From positions 1 to 35,208 of the forward strand of contig JBFXJJ010000019.1 of assembly GCA_050175015.1 (NCBI GenBank): a stretch of 35,208 nt of DNA, in the 5' to 3' direction. Both the position numbers and the translations under genes were made by a program. A model generated the notes under the pieces. That model was not told where the DNA came from, searched no databases, and saw only the letters and a list, made by a program, of their open reading frames with translations. Origin of the DNA: Alphaproteobacteria bacterium. GTDB lineage: Bacteria; Pseudomonadota; Alphaproteobacteria; JBFXJJ01. This document shows positions 19,941 to 28,639 of this stretch, one piece after another. Numbering within the stretch: the first letter of the stretch is position 1; each line of letters opens with the position of its first letter.

Positions 19941-20375
19941 TTATTTTTTTCGCCTGTTATCATAGTATGTTTGTTTGGAAATAAACTGCTTACCATTAGC
20001 ATCAGTCATATTTGATACATTTTTGCCAATCAGGCTTTTGGTTGGGTGAGCAATCATACCGTTATTGGCTAAATCATAATCTTGAATCCAAATATAGTTG
20101 TCACCGTCATAACGCATTCCGTTGACAGCGTTTATGGCAAGTTTTTTAGCTTCAGCAACGGTTATTTCGCCGCTTTTTGCCATTTCAGCGTAGGATTTGA
20201 TAGTATTGGTTGCGGCATCTACCAAATCTTCAGTTTTGATAATACGGTCTTCTAATAGCTCTTTTTTTAGAGCGTTTAGGTTTAAGGCCGCAACAGTCAC
20301 AATACCAATAACAATTATGGTATTGATTATTAAAAATCTTTTTCCGATTTTTAAATTACGAATTGAATTTAACAT
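19941..20375 (-). pseudogene. Truncated chemoreceptor copy (TM1 plus partial sCache domain, 144 aa)
   Basis: About 90% nt identity by hand count to 7885-8217. Homology ends after GKQFIS and the ORF closes with an unrelated KQTYYDNRRKK; no TM2, HAMP or signalling domain. Confidence 0.75.
20042..20375 (-). repeat. Dispersed repeat, copy 2 (truncated MCP copy)
   Basis: See copy 1; many differences fall at synonymous positions. Confidence 0.9.
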
Positions 20376-20420
20376 TTTTTATCTTCCCCAAATTCTTATA
20401 AATAAAACAAAATGTTTTAT

Positions 20421-20611
20421 GGTGATCGGGGTGTTGATAACCTTCCAAGAGAAAAGGCGTAATAGTCTTTAGCTGCACAAAAATGCGCACCCTGTACATA
20501 CACTAAGACCACCCCGATCATAAAAATCGAGGTGACACAAAAAACTACGGCCGTGTCAATGACCGCTCCTGGACAGGGTTATCAAGCCCCGAGTTTGTAT
20601 CTCCACAAACT
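20421..20611 (-). ncRNA. Structured leader RNA resembling c4/CI antisense-RNA (ash-type) regulatory elements
   Basis: GC-richer non-coding island. It contains a 7-bp hairpin (20592-20611), an 11-bp perfect inverted repeat (20423-20433 / 20510-20520), a 9-bp perfect inverted repeat (20434-20442 / 20577-20585), CCAGGAG/CTCTTGG pairing (20566-20572 / 20445-20451) and a TGACAC/GTGTCA stem. Family assignment is by recalled architecture, not by search. Confidence 0.6.
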
Positions 20612-20706
20612 AAATAAAATGTTACTTGAAATATTTTATAAAAGAAAGATTAAAGTGTGTTTTTTGCAAAAAACAACTTTTATTTGCTTGAAAAAATATT
20701 CCGCGA

Positions 20707-23175
20707 TTATTCTATTTTAAAAGATTTTACAAAATCGGGAATTTCTTTAGCAGGCATAGGTTTTGCAAACAAATAGCCTTGAATTAAATCACAACCATGG
20801 TGTTTTAACATTTCAAATTGTTCAAAATTTTCTACCCCTTCTGATACCACCTCAAGACCAAGAGATTTCCCCAAATTAATGATAGCACAAGCTATTTTAG
20901 CATCGTCATAGTCGCTAGTCATATCGCTAACAAAACTACGATCTATTTTTAACTTATCTACAGATAATTTTTTTAAATAACTTAAAGATGAATATCCTGT
21001 ACCGAAATCATCGATAGATATTCTAACTCCTAACTTAGTTAATTTTGATAGTTTTTCGTCTGTTTTCTTTAAATCCTGCATAAACACCGTTTCAGTTAAT
21101 TCAAATTCAAAATTTGCAGGATTAACATTAGATGCAATGATATTGCGTTCAATATCATCAACCAGATTTTCCTGCTGAAATTGAATTGCAGAAAGATTGA
21201 TTGATATAAAATTAGTTCCAAGCCCAGTTTCAATCCAGAATTTCTGCTGACCTATAGCCTCTTTTATAATCCAATCTCCAATAGGGATAATTAGTCCTGT
21301 ATCTTCGGCAATAGGAATAAAGTTAATAGGAGCAATCATTCCTTTTTGTGGATGTTTCCAACGAATCAAAGCTTCAAAGCCAACAACACGATTTTTGCTT
21401 ATACTTATTATTGGTTGGTAGTGAAGGACGAATTCATCGTTATAAATGGCTTTTCGTAAATCTTGCTCCAAAATTAGTCTTGCTTCTGTTTCGATATTCA
21501 TTTCTTTGGAGAAGAAAAAATAACTGTTAGGAGCGCTTCTTACGGCTTTATGTAAAGCCATATCTGCATAGTTAATTAGTTTATTGGCGCTGGCTCCATC
21601 GTCAGGATAAATTGAAATTCCGACGCAAGCACCAATATTAATAATATCTTTGCCAAGATCTACGGGCTCTAAAATGTTTTCAATAATGTTCCGTGCAAAA
21701 TTAGCAACATCTTCGGTTTTTTCAACGTCGGTTAAAGCTATCGCAAATTCATCTCCAGCCATTCTAGCAAGAGCGCTTTTTTCTGGAAGAATAAGAGATA
21801 TTCTGCCTGCCATAATCTTTAGGAGGCGGTCTCCTGCAAAATGACCTAGAGTATCGTTAATGCGATTGAAGTTGGTTAAATCAACAAAAATTACCGCAAT
21901 TTTTCTATCTTTGCCCTTAGCATTTTTAACGGCTTTGTTTAAAATCTCAATAAAAGCATTTCTATTGTAAAGACCAGTTAACTGATCGTAATTAGCTAAC
22001 TGATGAATTCTTCCTTCGGCATTTTTATGTGCGGTTAAATCGTTATGGACAGCTACGTAGTGAACATTACCATCATCGCCAACCTTAATAGGCGTAACCG
22101 TTTGTTCTACAGTGTAAAGTGAATTGTTTTTATGTTTTTCTATAAATTCCCCAAACCATACTTTGCCAGCTCTAATAGTACTCCAAAGGTCTTTGTAGTC
22201 ATTTTCTTTTTGTTCTCCTGATTTTAGTACGGCAGGAGTTAAACCTATAACTTCTTCAGGGCGATATCCTGATAACTTGGTGAAGGCATTGTTTACCCAA
22301 GTTATTATCCCATTATTGTCGGTAATAAAAATGGCGCTTGTGGTTGAGGCAATAGCTGCTCCTTGGAGTCGTAATTGGTTTTGATCGTGCATTATTTGTA
22401 ATGCAACACCAACTCTGGAGGCAAAATTTTCTAGAATGTCTCTGATTTCTTTAGTGAATTTTTCCGTATTAGAGTGGATTTCTAAAACAAAAATGACATC
22501 ATCATAAGCAATGAATGGAATGACTAGCACGTGATTAAGCGATTTAGGAGCAGAACTAATATTCTCTTCCATTGTCTTTTGGCTTCTAATTGCTCTAGCA
22601 ATCAAACCTTTATCATTTAAATCGTCCCATTTAATTTCAGGCAAAGAGTACTTATCGGCAAATCTTCCAGCTTTAGCTTCTAAAATTACTTGTCCGTTGC
22701 CTTTTTTAAGAACTAAACTGACTAGTGAAAATTTAAAAGTCTCAGTTAGACTGTCACAGATATAATTCGAAAACTGAGAAATGCCGCCACCACCAAAAAC
22801 ATAGCTTAAAAGGCCATTAATAGTGTCATCAATTTTTTCATAAATTCTAGTGTTTGATATATCTTTAATATAGCAGACATAAGCATTTTCATTATCAATG
22901 GTTATTTTGGTTACAGCAATTTCTAAAGGAACTTCGGTATCATCATATTTGATGCCGCTGTAATTTTGAAAGTTTAATTTATCATTTTCAGCAATCTTAT
23001 AAATGAGGCCTAATGGTTCATTTATATTGTGAGTGTCAGGAAGGATAATCCTTGCTTGTTTTCCAGCAAGCTCACCTTGATTATAGCCGAAAATATCTTC
23101 AACTCGGAAATCTGCTGAAGTTATTATGCCTTCATTATCGACAATAATTATTCCATTTAGTATTTTTTTTGACAT
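20707..23175 (-). CDS. Cytoplasmic PAS-GAF-PAS-GGDEF-EAL c-di-GMP signalling protein
   Basis: YDQLTGLYNR, INDTLGHFAGD, RMAGDEF; FEALIRW, ELTE, DDFGTGYSSL, KIDRSFV, EGVE, QGY; PAS WVNNAFTKLSGY. Confidence 0.95.
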   Translation of the reverse strand: MSKKILNGIIIVDNEGIITSADFRVEDIFGYNQGELAGKQARIILPDTHNINEPLGLIYKIAENDKLNFQNYSGIKYDDTEVPLEIAVTKITIDNENAYVCYIKDISNTRIYEKIDDTINGLLSYVFGGGGISQFSNYICDSLTETFKFSLVSLVLKKGNGQVILEAKAGRFADKYSLPEIKWDDLNDKGLIARAIRSQKTMEENISSAPKSLNHVLVIPFIAYDDVIFVLEIHSNTEKFTKEIRDILENFASRVGVALQIMHDQNQLRLQGAAIASTTSAIFITDNNGIITWVNNAFTKLSGYRPEEVIGLTPAVLKSGEQKENDYKDLWSTIRAGKVWFGEFIEKHKNNSLYTVEQTVTPIKVGDDGNVHYVAVHNDLTAHKNAEGRIHQLANYDQLTGLYNRNAFIEILNKAVKNAKGKDRKIAVIFVDLTNFNRINDTLGHFAGDRLLKIMAGRISLILPEKSALARMAGDEFAIALTDVEKTEDVANFARNIIENILEPVDLGKDIINIGACVGISIYPDDGASANKLINYADMALHKAVRSAPNSYFFFSKEMNIETEARLILEQDLRKAIYNDEFVLHYQPIISISKNRVVGFEALIRWKHPQKGMIAPINFIPIAEDTGLIIPIGDWIIKEAIGQQKFWIETGLGTNFISINLSAIQFQQENLVDDIERNIIASNVNPANFEFELTETVFMQDLKKTDEKLSKLTKLGVRISIDDFGTGYSSLSYLKKLSVDKLKIDRSFVSDMTSDYDDAKIACAIINLGKSLGLEVVSEGVENFEQFEMLKHHGCDLIQGYLFAKPMPAKEIPDFVKSFKIE

Positions 23176-23336
23176 GTCTTTATTTTAAGCAAGTTCCTGA
23201 TAATTTATTATTATATTAAAATTAGAATAAAATTGTTACTATTTTTTAAAAAATGTTACAAAAAAATGCATTAAAAATGGAAAACAATAAAAAAAGCTAG
23301 AGAACCAAAACAAAAAATAAAGATTTGATGCTAGTG

Positions 23337-24008
23337 TTAATACGATGCCATTGCTTGAATTGGTTCAATTCTTACAATGACTCTGCGATTCAGTTCCATA
23401 TTATGAGGTATAGGTTCGCCATAAGCATCTCTATTTGGTACTTTAGGCATCGTATCAGCGAGGCCAACAGCTTTTAATCTTGTTGGTTCAATGTTTTTTG
23501 ATAAGAAAAATCTAACGAAAGACGATGCTCTTGCTGACGATAGTTCCCAGTTAGATGGGTACATTTCAGTATTAATATCTTGGTCATCAGTATGACCTTC
23601 AACGATATATTTAAAAATACGATATCTCTCGGCTTTTAATGTCGAAGCTATTTTATTTAGAATAGGTAGGGCTTCTTGTTTTATTTCAGCTGACCCAGAA
23701 TCAAAGAACGAGGCGCTGGCAAATTCCATAACAACACCTTGGTGATCTGAGCCTAATGATATACCTTCGCCAATTTTCATACTTTTAATATCATCAGCTA
23801 AATCAACCATAATTAGTTCAACTGGGCGGACAACATCTCTATCTCCTATGCCTTTCGCCATACCAGCACGTATTTGTTCAAAAAGAACAATATCAACTTT
23901 GGAAGATGAAGCTAAAAGAACAAAGAAACACATCAACAAGGTGACCATATCACCGTATGTTGACATCCACTCTTCACATTCAGCACATTCCTCTTGTTTC
24001 TTTGCCAT
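23337..24008 (-). CDS. motB: Flagellar stator B subunit (MotB/PomB), OmpA-like C-terminus
   Basis: WMSTYGDMVTLLMCFFVLL TM with conserved Asp; VEGHTDD, NWELSSARA, NRRV. Confidence 0.93.
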   Translation of the reverse strand: MAKKQEECAECEEWMSTYGDMVTLLMCFFVLLASSSKVDIVLFEQIRAGMAKGIGDRDVVRPVELIMVDLADDIKSMKIGEGISLGSDHQGVVMEFASASFFDSGSAEIKQEALPILNKIASTLKAERYRIFKYIVEGHTDDQDINTEMYPSNWELSSARASSFVRFFLSKNIEPTRLKAVGLADTMPKVPNRDAYGEPIPHNMELNRRVIVRIEPIQAMASY

Positions 24009-24020
24009 ATAAAAAACCTT

Positions 24021-24824
24021 CTATGGTCGATCTGTCATATCTCTATCGATGCTATAGTGATCTTTGGGATCTAAGTATGAATTCATTTTATCTTGAATAT
24101 AACGAGGACTTTTTCTTTCAGCTAAAAGGACAAGACCTTCAGTTAGAAGATAATTTTTAAAGCGAGTTGCTTCTTCTCGTTGTTTTAGTTTTGCGGCTGT
24201 TGGAATTAAGATAATTCGAGCAAACCAAATACCATAAAGTGTGGTAATAAGAGCAACCGCCATTCCAGGGCCAATAGCGCTGGCATCTCCGCCCATATTG
24301 CCTAACATAATAATTAGACCGATAAGGGTTCCAATCATACCGTAAGCTGGGGCATTGCCACCCATATCTCTTAGAATATCAACTCTAACTTTGGCTCGTT
24401 CAAAAATCGTTTCAACGGTTGCAGTCAGAATGTCTCTGATTTCATCACCGGTATAACCTGTAACAACAAGGTCAATACCGAACCCCAAAAACATATCTTT
24501 TTGGGCAACTCCTTCAGAGTCGCCTTCAAGTCCTTGTAAGCCGTTTTTTTGAACAATGTAACCCCAGCGAATAACTCTTCCAACTTCTTCCTTAAGGTTA
24601 GCTTGGGACTGTTTATGGGTGAAAAAAATGCTGGAAATAGATCTTAAGGTGTCAATAGCGGATTTGGTTTCATATCCGATAAAAAGACAGAAAACAGTTC
24701 CTCCAACCACCATTAGAAAGCTTGGAAGATTAAGGAAAACACCCCAACTACTAGTAGAGATAACAATGGAACCTATGATAAGCCCCCAAGTTCCCAAAAA
24801 TCCTACAAGTGTTCCCATTGACAT
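24021..24824 (-). CDS. motA: Flagellar stator A subunit (MotA/PomA)
   Basis: VVGGT, APAYGMIGTLIGLIIML, IGPGMAVALITTLYG; directly upstream of motB. Confidence 0.93.
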   Translation of the reverse strand: MSMGTLVGFLGTWGLIIGSIVISTSSWGVFLNLPSFLMVVGGTVFCLFIGYETKSAIDTLRSISSIFFTHKQSQANLKEEVGRVIRWGYIVQKNGLQGLEGDSEGVAQKDMFLGFGIDLVVTGYTGDEIRDILTATVETIFERAKVRVDILRDMGGNAPAYGMIGTLIGLIIMLGNMGGDASAIGPGMAVALITTLYGIWFARIILIPTAAKLKQREEATRFKNYLLTEGLVLLAERKSPRYIQDKMNSYLDPKDHYSIDRDMTDRP

Positions 24825-24911
24825 CGTTAAATCGCCTTATTTCTTATTAATATTTTATCTAAATTCTTTTAAGAGACTATAACATAATAGCCGATAAAAG
24901 GCATAAATTTT

Positions 24912-25349
24912 TTAATCTATTTGTTTATCGTCTCCATCGTCATCGTTATTTTCAATGCGATCTACCATTTCAGTGTTATCGGAGTTCTTGCCAAGTTTTC
25001 CTGGAGCAACATAAGCTACGGCAGAGTGGTGAGGGCAATAAACGCCTCCTACAGGGATTTCTTTGCCGCAAAAATGGAAATTATCATCTTTAGGATCTCC
25101 GATAGGCCAGCGGCACATTCTGGATGTCAAATCCATTAATGTTATATATTTTTTGGATTTTTTTTCAGGTTTTTCTTCTTTTTTCTTTTCTCTTTTAATG
25201 GGAGAAGGTCTGCTCTCTAAACCTAATCTGTGAGCTTTTCCTACAACAGCATTTTTTGACACCCCTAACTTGCGGCCAATCTCAACTGTAGTAAGACCGT
25301 CATTCCAAAGTTTAGAAAGCTCTTCAATCATTTCATCTGTCCAAGCCAT
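24912..25349 (-). CDS. gcrA: GcrA-family cell cycle regulator
   Basis: MAWTDEMIEELSKLWNDGLT..EIG..LGVSKNAVVGKAHRLGL and CRWPIGDP...FHFCG...YCPHH. Confidence 0.93.
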   Translation of the reverse strand: MAWTDEMIEELSKLWNDGLTTVEIGRKLGVSKNAVVGKAHRLGLESRPSPIKREKKKEEKPEKKSKKYITLMDLTSRMCRWPIGDPKDDNFHFCGKEIPVGGVYCPHHSAVAYVAPGKLGKNSDNTEMVDRIENNDDDGDDKQID

Positions 25350-25375
25350 AAAACGTTCCTTTCAATATTTCTAAA

Positions 25376-25816
25376 TTACACTTTATGGTTTTCTACAATC
25401 GTCGTTAACTCTTTGATAGAACCAAAAAGATGCCTGCTGCGAGCTATTATATTACCTAAATTGTTACCAAAATTTTTAGCAAAAAACTTATCATAATTTT
25501 GACTGCTGATTAAATCTAGTAAAGATTTTCCTTCTTTTATCAAATACTCTAATGAGACTTCTCCAGCATTAAATGCACGGTTTAAAATTAACCAAGATGT
25601 AATTGATGTCAAACAGACAGTTAAATTAGAAAGAATTTTCATTTCATTTATTGCATCATTGTTTACAGCGGCTATGTCTTCAGGGGAAGTTTCGCTGATG
25701 TCTCCTATTTTTTTATTGTTCATATTGCTTTCAACTTGTCCCTTAACCGCAGTTAGAAGAGACACAGTTTCTTCAAAGACATCTTCAAATTCTTTTGTTT
25801 CTACCCATAAAACCAC
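25376..25816 (-). CDS. Divergent DUF1465/RcdA-like protein
   Basis: VFEETVSLL...LTVCLTSITSWLILNRAFNAGEV resembles the RcdA consensus (F.E.M.L...LT.RL..MASWLL.QRAV..GEM); adjacent to gcrA. Confidence 0.6.
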   Translation of the reverse strand: MVLWVETKEFEDVFEETVSLLTAVKGQVESNMNNKKIGDISETSPEDIAAVNNDAINEMKILSNLTVCLTSITSWLILNRAFNAGEVSLEYLIKEGKSLLDLISSQNYDKFFAKNFGNNLGNIIARSRHLFGSIKELTTIVENHKV

Positions 25817-25969
25817 AATAAAAATCCTTATAAAAATTAATATACGTTAAAATGATTTAAAACAAAAATAAAGTTAAAATCAAATAAATAACTTCACAAA
25901 AATCTTTTTTTACGCTTGAATAAAAATATTACAAATAAGGCTAATGTCTAGTAAAAAAGGTTATACAAT

Positions 25970-27382
25970 ATGAAGTTAAGCAAATTTTTAATAGCTGGGT
26001 TGATTTTTTTCCTTTCTTCTAATGTTTATGCAGAAGACGTTGAGGTAAAATCAGAATCTAAAGACAGAGTGTCACTTTCCGTGACAATTTATAATGAAAA
26101 TCTAGCGCTAGTAAAAGATAAAAGAAATTTAAATCTTGATAAAGGCATTAATAATATTGCTTTTACAGAGGTATCTGGAGAAATAAAACCAGAAACATCT
26201 ATTGTCAAAGGTTCAGGGATATCAGTTTTAGAACAGAATTTTAATTTCGACTTGCTTACACCTGAGAAAATTTTGCAAAAAGCGGTTGGCAGTAAGGTTA
26301 AACTTATTAATGTGAACCCTGCAACAGGAGAGCAGACTATAGAAGATGCTGAATTGCTGAGTGCTGTTGGTAGACCTGTTCTTCGCATCGGCGACCGTAT
26401 AGAAACCAATTATCCTGGTAGAATAGTCTTTGACTCTGTACCTAAAAATCTTCGTGATAAGCCAACGCTTACTTTAATGATTAACAGCGAGAATGCTGGT
26501 CAAAACGAAATGGAACTTGGGTATTTAACGAGGGGACTTGGCTGGAAGGCTGATTATGTTGCTGAACTTAACGACTCGGATGATAGTCTTGATTTAAATG
26601 GCTGGGTTACTTTAACCAACTCTTCGGGTGTTGATTATGAAAAGGCATCTTTGCAGTTGGTTGCAGGTGATGTTAATGTCGTTAGAGAGCATTTTATGGC
26701 GCCAAGAATGGCCAAGGCCGTTATGATGGAAGCTGATAATTCTTTCGGTGGTGGTATGCAGGAAGAAGGATTTTCTGACTTTCATCTTTATAGTCTAGGC
26801 AGACCAACAACTATAGCTTCTAATCAGACCAAACAAGTTTCATTGCTTAGTGCTTCTAATGTTAAAACAAACAGAGAATATAAGATGGAAAGCCCTTTTG
26901 GTATTTATAATGGCAATTCGGGTGACTTTGAAAATATTAATGCTAATATCTATCAAAAGTTTTTTAACAAAGAAGATAACAACTTAGGAATGCCTCTTCC
27001 TAAAGGTACTATCAGGGTTTATAAGTCCGACTCGAAAGGCAAAATGGTTTTTGCTGGCGAAGATAGCGTTGTTCATACGCCTAAAAATGAAGAAATTAAG
27101 CTTAAATTAGGTAGTGCTTTTGATATAACAGCTAGCGGCAAACAAACAGAATATAAACGCATCAGTAATCACAGTTTTGAAAATTCTTATGAACTAACGA
27201 TAAAGAATGCTAAAGATCAAGATGTTGTTGTTAATGTTCATCAAAGAATTAGCGGTGATTGGCGTATTCTTGCAGAAAGTATAAAAAATGAACAGGTAAA
27301 CAGCGGAGAGGTTCTTTGGAGTGTGCCTGTTAAAGCAAGCGGTGAAACTAAACTTACCTTTACGCTTTTTGTGAACAATTAA
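25970..27382 (+). CDS. Exported DUF4139-domain protein
   Basis: Signal peptide ending VYA; SVTIYNENLALVKD, EQNFNFDLLTPEK, YLTRGLGWKADY, LVAGDVN, QTKQVSLL, LGMPLPKGTIRVY. Confidence 0.85.
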   Translation: MKLSKFLIAGLIFFLSSNVYAEDVEVKSESKDRVSLSVTIYNENLALVKDKRNLNLDKGINNIAFTEVSGEIKPETSIVKGSGISVLEQNFNFDLLTPEKILQKAVGSKVKLINVNPATGEQTIEDAELLSAVGRPVLRIGDRIETNYPGRIVFDSVPKNLRDKPTLTLMINSENAGQNEMELGYLTRGLGWKADYVAELNDSDDSLDLNGWVTLTNSSGVDYEKASLQLVAGDVNVVREHFMAPRMAKAVMMEADNSFGGGMQEEGFSDFHLYSLGRPTTIASNQTKQVSLLSASNVKTNREYKMESPFGIYNGNSGDFENINANIYQKFFNKEDNNLGMPLPKGTIRVYKSDSKGKMVFAGEDSVVHTPKNEEIKLKLGSAFDITASGKQTEYKRISNHSFENSYELTIKNAKDQDVVVNVHQRISGDWRILAESIKNEQVNSGEVLWSVPVKASGETKLTFTLFVNN

Positions 27383-27403
27383 TACGATTAAGAATGATTA
27401 TAT

Positions 27404-27444
27404 AAAAAACGGGTTCTTGATAATTTTTAAGACCCCGTTTTTTT
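27404..27444. terminator. Intrinsic terminator, probably bidirectional
   Basis: AAAAAACGGGTTCTTGA-loop-TAAGACCCCGTTTTTTT between convergent genes. Confidence 0.75.
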
Positions 27445-27642
27445 ATTAGGTATTTTTTATAGAATAAGTTTTTTACTATTATAGCAGTGTTCTTTTCATT
27501 TAGAGCCTTTGTCATTTAGCTATGCACGTTTGTTTTGCTTTAATGCAAGCGGGTTGTGTTTATAAAAGTAAATATTTACATCGTAATAATTAGTTACAAT
27601 TAAAGGCAGAAAAACGAACTGTTCTTAAAATTTTTTAAGAGC

Positions 27643-28512
27643 TCATTTTTTTTTGACAAAGCTGGAAGCTATGTAGCGTGCGGTTTTTATTTGTCCCTCA
27701 TCAAGGGTTTTAGCTAAAATGGTTTTAAGCATTTCTGCTTGTTCCATACCATTTTTGCTGGCAAGATCAATTAAAGCATAAGCTTTAGTGTTATCAAGGT
27801 CAACTCCACGGCCTAAGGCATAAAGCATACCTAAGTTATATTGAGCTTTAGCATAACCTTTTTTGGCGGCACGTTCATACCATTTAGCCGCACTTAAATA
27901 GTTCTGTTTGATGCCAAGACCTGTTGCATACATAAAACCTAAATGGTAAAGCACATCAGGCTCATCGTCGTAAGAAAATGTCCGATTCCAGTCAGGATGC
28001 TTTCTTTGTTCTGCACCACTGATATACATAAACCACCGTCCAATTTGGGTATTGGCATAATCAATATTTAGAGCGCTCTTCGCCCATTTTGTGGCCGTTG
28101 TATTATTTTGAGCAATTCCTTGACCTGTGGCATAACGATACCATAGTTCAATTTTTGCGTTACCACAGCCTTCTTTGGCTGATTTCTCTAAGAGACTTAT
28201 GACATTATTGGTGTTAGTGTTAGCATTTTCACTTGGGTTTAGTTCTAAGTTCATGGCTAGAACATAAAGTTTTGCAGGGTTGTTATCATCAACATCTTTT
28301 AACTTATCTAAGGTTTTTTCAAAATTCAGATTACTCGCTCCTGAGAAGCAGAGCTCTTTATAAGGAAATTCTATTTCTTCTTCTTTAGTAGATGAAAAAG
28401 CCGATATTTTGCTTGGAAAATTAACCGACAGCAGGCAAAACATCGTTAAGATGAATAAGAATATTTTTCTTTCAAAATAAATAATTTTATTTGTATATTC
28501 TAGTTGAATCAT
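27643..28512 (-). CDS. Sel1-like repeat (SLR/TPR) protein, probably exported
   Basis: LGFMYATGLGIKQNYLSAAKWYERAAKKGYAKAQYNLGMLYALGRGV; N-terminal hydrophobic segment. Confidence 0.88.
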   Translation of the reverse strand: MIQLEYTNKIIYFERKIFLFILTMFCLLSVNFPSKISAFSSTKEEEIEFPYKELCFSGASNLNFEKTLDKLKDVDDNNPAKLYVLAMNLELNPSENANTNTNNVISLLEKSAKEGCGNAKIELWYRYATGQGIAQNNTTATKWAKSALNIDYANTQIGRWFMYISGAEQRKHPDWNRTFSYDDEPDVLYHLGFMYATGLGIKQNYLSAAKWYERAAKKGYAKAQYNLGMLYALGRGVDLDNTKAYALIDLASKNGMEQAEMLKTILAKTLDEGQIKTARYIASSFVKKK

Positions 28513-28639
28513 TCTTAGAATAATGCCTTAAATATTGAATTAAATTATAGCGTTATAACGTAATTCAATAAGTTAAATCGAAATACTGCAAAAAAAAAGG
28601 TTTTATTTTAAAAAACTAAAAAAAACTGCTAAGAAAGAG

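Noticed and set aside
20421-20611. Leader interpreted as a c-di-GMP riboswitch, tRNA or CRISPR repeat
   Set aside because: No c-di-GMP-I core that I can recognise, no T-arm or CCA, and no regularly spaced direct repeats. The a/b complementary sites fit an antisense layout better.
20197-20720. ORFs 20197..20472 and 20532..20720 on the + strand
   Set aside because: Antisense to the MCP fragment and leader, with no RBS or protein-like features.
24870-24897. Perfect sigma-28 -10 element GCCGATAA (24890-24897) next to motA
   Set aside because: It is on the + strand pointing away from motA, the -35 TAAA is not at the correct spacing, and FliA is uncommon in Alphaproteobacteria.
25837-25860. TTAA repeats upstream of the RcdA-like gene as CtrA sites
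   Set aside because: Spacing is N6 rather than N7, and TTAA is frequent by chance in this AT-rich DNA.
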